Below, in pieces: positions 1 through 10,577 of a stretch of DNA of 36,856 nucleotides (position 1 is its first letter; each line of letters begins with the position of its first letter). A model generated the notes under the pieces. The model saw only the letters and a program-made list of their open reading frames with translations. It made no database searches and was not told the DNA's origin. Location of the stretch: NCBI RefSeq assembly GCF_001194135.2, contig NC_068981.1:70968962-71005817 (forward strand). Reading direction: 5' to 3'. Source of the DNA: Octopus bimaculoides. Taxonomy: Eukaryota. Position numbers and translations under genes: made by a program.

Positions 1-654
1 ATACATATATATATGCTTACATATATATATATATATATATTCTATAAAGCATAAAATATTATGAAAGAACACGGCAATGCAAGAACAAATCGTAATATAC
101 ATAATGCAAAGTTTCGTTTACCGGCTTCCTTATTTCTATGAGAATATGTACTTATGTTAATGTAATACTTTTCAATATAAAAAGTGATTTTTAATGGAAA
201 GAATATTTTTTATTTGGTATATTTATATAATTTCTGTTATGTTATGTTATTTTTATTCCAGAAACATTCTAAACTATTAACAATGTTTTATAATGTTGCT
301 CATAGCAACAGACTCATATAAAGATTTTTTCTTCTTTTTGTTATGGAAACCTAACTGCAGCTGATTTACTTTCGTTAATCAACAGAATTTCAAATCTCAC
401 ACGTCAAATAAAACATATGACGTCCAAAGACATGACTTTCAAAGCCTCGATGAAGCCACAATGGTAATACGCACACCATTATAGTCACGTTGATGATCAT
501 GACTATAATCATTGTCGTCGTCGTCGTCCTCATCAACATCGTATATATAAGACAATAAAGCAAAGTTGATATAAATTTACTCATCTGATATGACTTCTGT
601 CATCGTTCACATAAGGTCATGTATAGAACTAGTTTCTATATCCCAAGGAAAGAA

Positions 655-670
655 AGATAGATAGATAGAC

Positions 671-726
<56 letters not shown>
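655..726. repeat. (AGAT)n tetranucleotide microsatellite
   Basis: Near-perfect agat array read directly; explains the YLSI repeats in ORF 629..853. Confidence 0.97.
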
Positions 727-1062
727 TACGGCATATATAATAATTTTTCCGCCCTAAATTTATGATGAACTGTTCGTATTCACTCTGAGCTAGTAGATCA
801 ACACCGTTTACACTTGGTAATTTTCTTTGTACTAAAATACATATTTGGTGCACACAATGTCATTTGAATTAATACAATCACCTGATAGAAAATAGATCCA
901 CAATAAAATGAAACGCATGTATGTCCAATAATATTACCACTATGTTTTTTTATATACCTTTCCCTTATTTAAGTTAGTAGTGTCAATCGAGGTGAAATCG
1001 ACTGATATTTTTATCGAGTTGAGCTAGAAATATAACACTTACATGCACCCACCCACACCCAG

Positions 1063-1103
<41 letters not shown>

Positions 1104-1422
1104 AGTATGTACGATAAATCACTCAAGATAAGTGTAATTATGCTAGCCTCTCCTCAATGATTGTACATAATTATTTGTTTAATGTGGTTTGAAGTTCAAT
1201 GCAACCGAAACAACTGCAGCCGGTATTAAATTCATATAATACCGGTATCTTCATCTTTGTTTTATACGTACACTAGCAAACGCCCCACGTTTAACTCTGT
1301 CCCATAATTGTTAGAGACTTATTCTAATGCAAGTTAAAAACTCGTCTCAGTCTCATCATAGAGTTCATTGACTTTATCTAGTATGGATTTCACTTGTTAC
1401 TTATTTAGGTTCAACGCTAGAT

Positions 1423-1660
1423 ATAATAATAATCCTTTCTACTATAAGCACAAGATTTGAAATTGTCGATGAAGTACGGGATGGGGGGGGGGTTAGTCGA
1501 TTTCATAGAACCCGGTATTCAACTGGTGCGTATTTGATCGGTCCCGAAAGGATGAAAGGCAAAATCGACATCGTTGGAATTTTAACTCAGAACACAAAAC
1601 CGGAAAAATGCCGCGAAGCATTTTGTTCGGTGGCCTAACGATTCTGTCAGCTTGTAGCCG
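1423..1660 (-). mobile_element. tRNA-derived SINE (family A, central 'gcctttcatcctttcggggtcgataaaataagtaccag'-type domain)
   Basis: The minus strand reads agctgacagaatcgttagg (A-box-like) ... gagttaaaattcc (B-box-like) ... gcctttcatcctttcgggaccgatcaaatacgcaccagttg and ends in an (ATT)n tail. Homologous copies lie at 5620, 19800, 20890 and 34122. The domain resembles the Meta/MESC SINE domain (from memory). Confidence 0.85.
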
Positions 1661-1663
1661 TCT

Positions 1664-1790
1664 ATAATAATAATAATGATGATGATAATAATAATAATGA
1701 TAATAATAATAATAATGAGAAGAAGAAGAAGAAGAAGAAGAAGAAGAAGAAGAAGAAGAAGAAGAAGAAGAAGAAGAAGAAGAAGAAGAA
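1664..1790. repeat. compound (AAT/GAT)n-(AAG)n microsatellite
   Basis: Read directly; source of the poly-L/poly-I tract in ORF 1582..1941. Confidence 0.97.
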
Positions 1791-1929
1791 TGATTTCATT
1801 TATTTTCCACAAGGGTGAAGGATGAGGGAGACAACATAGAGACAGACATAAAGTGTGGGGGTTTACATATAATAATGAAATGATAAAAAAAAGTAAATAT
1901 ACACGGTCTACACTGAAAAAGAAGGAACA

Positions 1930-2419
1930 CATGCATATCATATAAAGGTAAAAGAAAAAGGGGCGGGGAGGATGATAGGGAGGTAGCCATCCTCATGCAG
2001 GAACGCCTCTAGGGATAATCTAGGAACCCCACTGTCCGAGATTTCCCAGAAACCCAACGAGCAAGTGCCCTCTCCAATTCTTTCTCTCCGACTCACAGGT
2101 CTACACTTAGAGTGGTACCATCCACTCTTGCCATCTTCGCAACTTTCACACACCTTCAATAAATTCACTCGAGGACAGCACATCCCTCTCCACTCTCAAT
2201 GAGAGCTCTATCAAAGAGGAATGTATCTGTCCTCATGCCTTTCAGCCTTGTACACCAACAACCTCTTTAGTGACAGCCACCAGACAAAGGAAAACTGCCT
2301 TGCCTGCATGTTTGAAGAAGGGCGGTTTGTGCGATCATCACTGCAGACTCGGCCGACAGACGGATCCGTATCACACGTGACAGCAGCTGTTCAATATAAC
2401 CCCACAAGTCAGCAATGCC
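1930..2419 (-). mobile_element. 3' end of a non-LTR retrotransposon (L1/Tx1-like ORF2 C-terminus plus 3' UTR), cut by the gap
   Basis: The minus strand, with frameshifts, gives IADLWGYIEQLLSRV.RIRLSAES...AGKAVFLCLVAVTKEV...TRLKG...RVERDVLSSSEFIE...VKVAKMARVDGTTLSVDL* (stop at 2093-2095). This resembles the post-zinc-knuckle tail of L1/Tx1 ORF2, and the region is GC-richer than its flanks. The clade call is from recall. Confidence 0.55.
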
Positions 2420-2872
2420 NNNNNNNNNNNNNNNNNNNNNNNNNNNNNNNNNNNNNNNNNNNNNNNNNNNNNNNNNNNNNNNNNNNNNNNNNNNNNNNNN
2501 NNNNNNNNNNNNNNNNNNNNNNNNNNNNNNNNNNNNNNNNNNNNNNNNNNNNNNNNNNNNNNNNNNNNNNNNNNNNNNNNNNNNNNNNNNNNNNNNNNNN
2601 NNNNNNNNNNNNNNNNNNNNNNNNNNNNNNNNNNNNNNNNNNNNNNNNNNNNNNNNNNNNNNNNNNNNNNNNNNNNNNNNNNNNNNNNNNNNNNNNNNNN
2701 NNNNNNNNNNNNNNNNNNNNNNNNNNNNNNNNNNNNNNNNNNNNNNNNNNNNNNNNNNNNNNNNNNNNNNNNNNNNNNNNNNNNNNNNNNNNNNNNNNNN
2801 NNNNNNNNNNNNNNNNNNNNNNNNNNNNNNNNNNNNNNNNNNNNNNNNNNNNNNNNNNNNNNNNNNNNNNNN

Positions 2873-2936
<64 letters not shown>
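2873..2936. repeat. (AAT)n microsatellite at gap edge
   Basis: Read directly. Confidence 0.97.
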
Positions 2937-3089
2937 GTAGTAACTGCTACCAACTAGACAGAAAGATATTGTAACTGAGATTCGCATTGTGGACTTGTTG
3001 GAAAAAATGTTAAAAAGCGGAATTGCAAAATTAAAATTTCTTGAGATATATTGTCATTAAACAGCATGGTATACCAGCTTTTCTCCAGT

Positions 3090-3275
3090 CTATATGCTCC
3101 ACACTCCTTTTCCTCCTCTCTGACCTTTTTCTACGATCTGATGAACAGCCACGCTGAAAACGTCAATTTTACTGCTATTTTTTCATCTAAAACTTTCACT
3201 GAGCGTCAATATAATATATTCACTGTGTCGGTCTAATTGCTTTATATTATTTTCTCCTGATTTCTATTTTAGATT
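3090..3275 (+). mobile_element. Penelope-like terminal-repeat remnant with hammerhead-like motif
   Basis: Contains CTGATGA(3138-3144)-acagccacgct-GAAA(3156-3159)-acGTC, followed by a T-rich tail running into (CA)/(TA) microsatellites. Penelope elements are known to carry minimal hammerheads in their pseudo-LTRs. Confidence 0.45.
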
Positions 3276-3280
3276 CGCCT

Positions 3281-3452
3281 ACACATACACACACACACTC
3301 ACACACACACGCACACAAACATATATATATGTATATGTGTGTATGTATGCGTATGCATGTATATAGTATGTTTATATATATATAGCGAGAGAGACACACA
3401 CCCACATACTCACATACACATGCACACGGATACACAGACACACATGTATATA
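3281..3452. repeat. degenerate (CA)n/(TA)n/(TG)n compound microsatellite
   Basis: Read directly. Confidence 0.9.
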
Positions 3453-4317
3453 TATTTTTTCTCGCTTGTGTCAGTGCGTGTGGAATGACTATAGAATTTG
3501 TTTTGTACAAGACTTTATACTTCAGTTTTATATGTCAATCATTTTTTGAGCGGGGCGGGGATTATCACATGAACATTACATTATTTGTAGCTTTATTAAT
3601 CGACATTTCCTTAAATAGTATTGCTCACGCTGAGATAAACTTTAAGGAACTGGAAGAGAATTAAATTAAATTCTTATTATAGGACCTAGAACTGACAAAT
3701 CGCGAAGCCATCGTTGAACACGCTCGAATATGATAAAAGTTGCATATGTTAAATAAGAGAAGATATTCTAATAAATGTCAACAATCGTAAATCACTGAGA
3801 AATGGATTTGATTCTATATTTCTCTGGGATCAATGATCCTTAAAATTTCAAGGTTTATGCTGAAATTTCGCCATTATTGGATATAGACTTTCTGTTCTTT
3901 TTTCCGGGCTTCTTGACGAATTCTGACAAATTCATTCATCAGCTCTTCACACATGGTAAGATATTTTGTGCAAAATGAATGTCATGAGAATATTCTTGTA
4001 TCATGGTAATTGACTTGTGTCATAAATAATTCTTTTCAATAGTCATTGTGAACTTCTAAGACTATATAGTATGCTGACGAAGATGGCATATTATAAATGT
4101 CATGTCATTATAAGATTTCATATTGATGATCTTTAAATTTTCTTATTGGAGATTTAATGTTATTGACGTCGCCACTTCGTCAAGAAAATCAGGAATGTCA
4201 CATTTTCAAATTCCTCAACAAAAGCTAAACACAAGATATTTGTGCTTAGTTTGATAAAATCAGAAAATAGCGTCACACTTAATTTAATTATCTGCCCCAT
4301 GGGCTAATGGAAAAAAT

Positions 4318-4404
4318 AATGTCTTTTGTGTCTGAATATGTAACTATAATGACTTTTGTGTCTAAATATGTAACTATAATGACTTTTGTGTCTAAATATG
4401 TAAC
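4318..4404. repeat. 30-bp minisatellite, about 3 copies (aatgacttttgtgtctaaatatgtaactat)
   Basis: Units start at 4318, 4348 and 4378; this produces the HKSHYSYIFR repeat in ORF 4304..4486. Confidence 0.95.
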
Positions 4405-5032
4405 AATTCAAGAGGAATATTAATTGCATTGATTCAACAAGTGTTGGGAGTACCGGTAAAGACAATAGATACAAATCCTTCTTCACAGCGAAACAAGTAA
4501 AAAATTATAGATTTCCTTATCCTTCTTCAGAGAGAGCTGATGGGAAGCGAGATATGCCTTCCTTTCACGAGAACATTAACAGAGGACGTAAAGTAGCTAC
4601 AATCTCCATTTTAACTTAGTTCCTAAGTTTGTTCACCAAGTATTATTGGTCAACTGCATGTCGACCAAACGTGATGGACTAGATCTATCGCCAAATGCAT
4701 CATTTCATATTTCATTTCAGGCTAATGTACCCTCCCTACTTTTAATACGGTAGGACGTGATTTACTAAAAATTCTTTGCTGTTATTTTAGCAGTTAGAAC
4801 TACAACGTTCAAATTTAGACATCAGCCCTCTAGGATTCACTCACTACGGTGCATTTACTTTCTTACTGATGTCATCAATACAAAATATATGTAACCTAAT
4901 TTCCGAAACAAATGTTAGAATAAAATAAGCAATACATATGACATACATTGCGCAGAAAATTATTTTTCACCGCCTCAAAATTTAAAAGAAATGTAATCAC
5001 CAAAGCATTAGCTTTATGGTGTTAGTTAATAC

Positions 5033-5050
5033 TATTATTATTATTATTAT

Positions 5051-5110
<60 letters not shown>

Positions 5111-5133
5111 CTGTTGTTGTTGTTGTTGCTGCT
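5033..5133. repeat. compound (ATT)n-(AGT)n-(TGT)n microsatellite
   Basis: Read directly. Confidence 0.95.
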
Positions 5134-5509
5134 ATTACGTTCTCTGTTGCTGTTTATACTTAATTTCAAGTTTGATAATTCCTATGATAAATGGCAATCT
5201 AATTGTGAGCAACATGTCTTTTTTCTCCCCATCTTTTCTGAAAAATTATTGAACGATATATTACTTTGGGGATTTTAAGGAAACATATAGTTTGTGGTGT
5301 GATGTGTCTACCACGCAATAAGTTCTCGTGCGTTTTAAAACAGTGAAGTTCACTCCGAAGAAAATGTTGCTGCTATATAATCTTCATTTGCTGATCTGTT
5401 GTCAGTGTCCTAATGTTCAACGACTCAAAACATACACGCCATCTTGATTTTATAGATTGATTTATAACATTATTACAAAGCCAGAAATGTTTTGTTGCTG
5501 ACTATTAGG

Positions 5510-5735
5510 GTTGGGTAAGCGGATTCAAATGATTAAAGCGACCTTAATATCTAACTGGCAATTATTTTATCAACAACGTAAGCTGAAACTCAGGACATAA
5601 AGAGATGAGACTTATCTGACTACTATCCTTTCGGAGTCGATGAAATAAAGTACCAGTTAACTATTTGAGTAGATAGAATCGACTCGTCCTCCTTCCCTCA
5701 AAATTGCTAGCATTGTACCTAAATTAAAAGAAAAA
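5510..5735 (+). mobile_element. degenerate family-A SINE fragments (head-to-head pieces)
   Basis: atcctttcggagtcgatgaaataagtaccag at about 5625-5655 matches the domain of the 1423-1660 SINE. The upstream taactggcaattattttatcaac resembles the same domain in reverse orientation. Confidence 0.6.
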
Positions 5736-6360
5736 AGACATAAAAGAAAAACAACTAAGACTAAATGAACTGCACTCTTGCACTCTAAACAATATTTACG
5801 AACACACGTAAGCAAATAGAAACTATTGGCAAAAACGAATGGTATCGAGTATGAAAGAAATTTTACTTGACTCTGTTTAATCGCTTGATAAGCTAGAATA
5901 AGACGCTAAGCGCTTTCAAATTTTATCCATCTGTCTCTAAATTAGATTCATTTACTGTTTGAAGTAATCCTGATAAGATAAATCAGAAACGAAAGAGGAC
6001 AAAGCATGTCTGGAATGTAGAATGGACGATAAATGTAATTCAATGCTCAATGATAGTCAAAGAAATAATTACAGATGAGCAGAATTTAAAAGCGACGAGT
6101 CTGCACGTAAAGTAATATTTACACAGATACATTCACACAAATGATATTGATGTTAGTAGAACTTAAGAAACATTTTTTCAATCATAGTGCATAATCCCTC
6201 ATCACACTTGGCTAAGATAAAATCTCAAGAACCTCCAGATCTGACTATACGAACACACACCTACAACATCTATGGTCTCCAAGAATCACCTCATTTACTA
6301 AAATTTACTACTAGAAAATCTCCAATTTCAATAAATTGCGTTAAATCGTTGCATTTCTAA

Positions 6361-6662
6361 TGTTGTTATTGGCACTCCGTCGCTTACGACGTCGAGGGTT
6401 CCTGTTGATCCGATCAACGGAACAGCCTGCTCGTGAAATTAACGTGCAAGTGGCTGAGCACTCCACAGACACGTGTACCCTTAATGTAGTTCTCGGGGAT
6501 ATTCAGCGTGACACAATGTGACAAGGCTGACCCTTTGAATTACAGGCACAACAGAAACAGGAAGTAAGAATGAGAGAAAGTTGTGGTGAAAGAGTACAGC
6601 AGAGTTCGCCACCATCCCCTGCCGGAGCCTCGTGGAGCTTTAGGTGTTTTCGCTCTTTAGGT
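6361..6662 (-). mobile_element. young-looking dispersed SINE-type repeat body with (AAC)n-like 3' tail, head missing
   Basis: GC-rich block in an AT-rich context. The minus strand ends ...cgacgtcgtaagcgacggagtgccaataacaaca. I recognise it as an abundant octopus dispersed repeat, but only one copy is in this window. Confidence 0.6.
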
Positions 6663-6699
6663 GTTTTAGCGAGCATTTCTAAAGTCAAACATTAACTCA

Positions 6700-7420
6700 A
6701 TTACAGCAACATTCAAAGATCCATCATCGTGCTATGGACATCCTCCAAAGATATTGAAAGATTCATCATTCAAGCTGCTAACCAACAGAGCTCTCTCCAA
6801 ATCACGAAACGGATTCAGAGCATTTTATTCAACCAGAACATTATTTACAAAACTTACACAAAAAGCGCGAGACGACTTTAACAATAACAAAATAATTACA
6901 CCATTGATATCAGCAAGGCTTTCTATTCCATACACCGTTATCTACTGACGTACAAATTAGTTAACAACACGTTCAGAAACAATCGAAATGTTGCGTAGTA
7001 CTCTACCTCCTAGTCATCAAGCTTATTTAGACACTCATATGTACTACATTTGATCAACAGAAAGAAACAACAGTAATGTTCAAACAATATATTAGATCAA
7101 TCAAGAGTTATGCTAGTACTGTCTTGAACTACAATCACCATAAAACAAACTACAATAAACAACAAAAAATAAAAACACCACATTGCATTTCGATCCCTCA
7201 CAGCCGGCACACGGACCGCATATACATAACAAAACTACTCAAATACCAACAATTAAAAAATAATCATCTAGATATGCGAAGAATATATCTTCTTGCCATC
7301 AAAATCTTCATTTATCACAGTCACTGTAAATATATGTTGAATCCCACTAGACACACTATCACAATACTAGAACACCTTCCTGGAAACACTGTCTCTTCCA
7401 CCCAGTCCAGATAAACAAAA
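6700..7420 (+). pseudogene. heavily deleted LINE reverse-transcriptase remnant (I/Jockey-like)
   Basis: 6903 onward encodes IDISKAFYSIH (RT motif 'DISKAFD'). ORF 7076..7414 carries FKQYIRSIKSYAS...TNYNK...HLDMR, resembling the RT thumb region of APE-type LINEs. Confidence 0.6.
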
Positions 7421-8421
7421 ATATATAGAAATAAGTGTTCCAGCATTAGATTTATTACTCACGAACTTTATTCTGAGATTTAAAAAAAAAGTTAATCATG
7501 GTATGTTCAGAAGAACAGTAACTGTCACTTTGGATGGAGTCTACCTAGTTCGTCTCTGGAATCTACTGGTGTATTATGGATAGTGAAGAGAATTCGGGAA
7601 ATTCAAACCACAATACTTCATCTCGTGCGAAATTGTGGAGTGCGGTGTGCCCGGTAAAGTAGCGGCATGATATATCGGAAGCAATATATGTGAGTCTCAT
7701 TAAGTCATCCAGTTAAATATTTATGTACCATAGCTAGATCATATGCTACCTCAGAACTGACTAAAGACCTCATAACAGCAACGGAATTAAGCGTAAAAGT
7801 TACATATAATACATACATAATACACATATTCACAGTAAAAATATCTTTAATAAGCTCTTAATTATCTGCGAAAGAAACGTATTGTATCAAACACGTGGAA
7901 TAAAGAGAAACAAATTTATCAAAAAGGAAAATATCTAATTTAAAAGTCAAGAGACAGCAAAAGTAAAAATATTAATATGGAAATATAAATTAGAAGTGAG
8001 ATAATTAATTATGCTTAAAAAGACAATGAAGCAGTGAAAGAAAGAGGTTGGCAGATAGATAAGTAGAGAGAGAGAGAGAGAGAGTTAACCGATAAATTAA
8101 GAAACACCTAACATAAATTGAGTATAATACAGTAATAATGGTGACAGGAATTAATTGTTTAGCTCCATTCATAATTGTTATACAGTAATTTATTATAATG
8201 TGCATTGTAAAGAATGTTTGTTAAGCAGTAAAGATTACAGTCTGTCTCAATGACAACTTGTAGAACTGTGTAAAAGTAAACTGAAATGCCGAGAAAATTG
8301 CTGACTTAGAACAGCAATTTTTTCGAACAGCAATTTTTTAACGTTGAGCAATTAAATGCATATTTTTCGATATGTATTTCATTCTTTTTGGAAAACAGAG
8401 AGAAATATGAATTAAAAGGAA

Positions 8422-8436
8422 AATAATAATAATAAC

Positions 8437-8497
<61 letters not shown>
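8422..8497. repeat. (AAT)n microsatellite abutting the 5' end of Dong/R4 copy 1
   Basis: Read directly. Confidence 0.97.
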
Positions 8498-9530
8498 GGA
8501 ATGCTTTCAGAAAGCATTTACGAGCACCTTGACGACTAGACTTTATTACCAGAAGAACTTTATTAAAAACTGCTAGAGTCACAGCAATATGTAGGGAAAC
8601 TAAAAGGTAAAAAAAAGTTAAAAACCAGAAAACAAAACAGAAATTATCTGACTGGCAGGAGAATGTGTTGCATGGTAGATCCCAAAGATATTTGCAGCAA
8701 ACAGTAGTAGTGAGACATGTTTATGGTTGCAGAAAAGAAAGCTGAAAAGGGAGACAGAAAGTTTGTTAGTAGCTGCACACGAACAAGAATTATAGACTAA
8801 TTAGATAAAAGCTAAGATAAACAAAAATCAAGTAGATTCCCAATGTAGATTATGCATATCAAAAGAGGAAAGCGTTAATCATATAGTAAATGAATGTAGC
8901 CCGCTGCCACAGAAAGAATACAAATGGCATGATAATCTAGAGAGAGAGAGCAATCCACTGGGAATTATGCAGAAAGCTAGGATTTGAACATACTAATAAA
9001 TGGTATGGACATGAACCTAGTAAAGTTCTAAAAAGTAAGAAATACAAGACGTTGTGGTACTTTAACATTCAAACTGACAGAGTAATAGAAGCGAGAAGGC
9101 CTGATTTCGTAGAAGTAGATAAAGAGAACAGAAAGTGCCAGATAATTGACTTTACATTCCCAAATGACGGAAAAAATCAATATAGAGGTATAGCAAAAAT
9201 AGCAAAGCCCCAGGAGCTGGCTATTGAATTATAGAGACTATAGAAAATACAGGTAAAATGTTTTCCAGTAGTTATAGGTGCATTGGGAACTATCTCTAAA
9301 GATATGAACAGATGGATTGGGGAAATAGGCATAAAACCCAGTTTAGTACAGCTCCAGAAAGCAGAGTTATTAGGGACAGCTAGGATACTTAGGAGAGTTC
9401 TTGGTATATAAGGTTACTTTTTCTAACCCAATAGGAGGATTCCTGGCATCTAAGACTACTTGTTGTAGCCCGATGTCAGGATTTGTTTCCCCAGCAGGTT
9501 AATCTGTTCAGTGTATATGAAAATAATGAT
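8498..9530 (+). mobile_element. R4/Dong-clade non-LTR retrotransposon, 5'-truncated copy 1 (CCHC finger + RLE endonuclease + 3' UTR), decayed
   Basis: Encodes CRLCISKEESVNHIVNEC (CCHC), LWYFNIQTDRVIEARRPDF...IIDFTFPND (PD-(D/E)xK) and PVVIGALGTI...LQKAELLGTARILRRVL*. It is collinear with 13870-14790 and has stops and frameshifts. Confidence 0.9.
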
Positions 9531-9532
9531 AA

Positions 9533-9609
<77 letters not shown>
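9533..9609. repeat. (AGT)n microsatellite between Dong/R4 copies 1 and 2
   Basis: Read directly. Confidence 0.97.
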
Positions 9610-10527
9610 AATCTCTGCATGAGCAATACCTCGGAGAAATTGAACGGAAATACATGATCAACACTTGGAGATGGCTAAAAAAAAGTGATCTGAAAGGATT
9701 CACTGAGGCATTGATATGCTCTGAGAAATAATTACAAGCTCTGAGAAATAATTACAAGCTCTGAGAAATAATTACACAAAGTTCCGAAATAGACAAGAGT
9801 TGCGAATCGCCCCTTTGTAGTATGTATAGCAGCAGAAACGAAACAATTTCACAAATTGTGATTGAATGTAGCAAACTGGCCCAAAAACACTACAAAAGGA
9901 AGGACGATAACGTTGCTAAATTCATCCATTGGAGGCTATGTGAAAAGTACAGCCTGAACAGAGCACGGAAATGGTACGAACATGAACCAGAAGCAGTCAC
10001 CGAGAGCACGGAACATAAGATACTGCGGGATTTTACAATCCAATGTGACTCCCTAATCGAAGCTCGGAGACCAGATATTGTGGTGGTAGATAAAAGAAAA
10101 AAGAAAGCAAGATCATATATATTGCAATACCGGGAGATGCGCACATAAATGACAAGCAACTAGAAAAGATTGAAAAGTTCAGACCACTAAAAAACGAAAT
10201 TGTAAGTCTGTGGACTATGAGGAGAATGTCTGTCATTCGAGTAGTTGTAGGGGCACACAGAGCACTAGCAACTAAGTTCGAGAAATATGTAAGAGAAATT
10301 GGAAATGACATGAGAGCAGAGAAAGCCCCAAAACTGCTCTGTTGGGGATAGCTAGGAGTTTGAGATTGGTATTTCGATGTTGAATGTTTCCCATGATAAT
10401 TAACAACCAAGTATCAATGCTTATAATGTGCGGAAAGAGACTTTGTGAGACCTCGACAGCAAGCTGCTGTCCGCTCTCACAGAATCTACCAGAACAAACA
10501 AGACCGAACGCTCTGAGAAGTAAAGCG
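9610..10527 (+). mobile_element. R4/Dong-clade retrotransposon, 5'-truncated copy 2 (different subfamily), decayed
   Basis: Encodes TWRWLKKSDLKGFTEALI, ETISQIVIECSKLAQKHYKRKDDNVAKFIHWRLCEKY and DFTIQCDSLIEARRPDIVVVDK (ORFs 9483 and 9822). Its 3' UTR differs from copies 1 and 3. Confidence 0.88.
9718..9776. repeat. 20-bp tandem triplication (gctctgagaaataattacaa) inside Dong/R4 copy 2
   Basis: Units start at 9718, 9738 and 9758. Confidence 0.95.
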
Positions 10528-10577
10528 ATAATAATAATAATAATAATAATAATAATTATAATAATAATAATAATAAT
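10528..10577. repeat. (AAT)n microsatellite at the 3' end of Dong/R4 copy 2
   Basis: Read directly. Confidence 0.97.

Noticed and set aside
629-900. Minus-strand ORF with protein-like RKLPSVNGVDLLAQSEYEQF near a possible acceptor
   Set aside because: No recognisable family, no convincing donor, and it runs into the GATA repeat.
1220-1245. 9-bp hairpin ccggtatta/taataccgg
   Set aside because: Isolated, short, and not tied to an element end; compatible with chance.
1582-1941. Homopolymeric-peptide ORFs (poly-L/I/S/K/R/N/Y), also at 5016, 9476, 10272, 14718 and 29232
   Set aside because: These are translations of trinucleotide microsatellites.
2221-2987. Long ORFs at 2221-2987, 22404-23589 and 31330-32500
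   Set aside because: Their length comes from N-gaps and microsatellites; they are not genes.
3910-4186. 11-bp inverted repeat ttcttgacgaa (3910-3920 / 4176-4186) as possible MITE ends
   Set aside because: It extends only weakly and no TSD was found.
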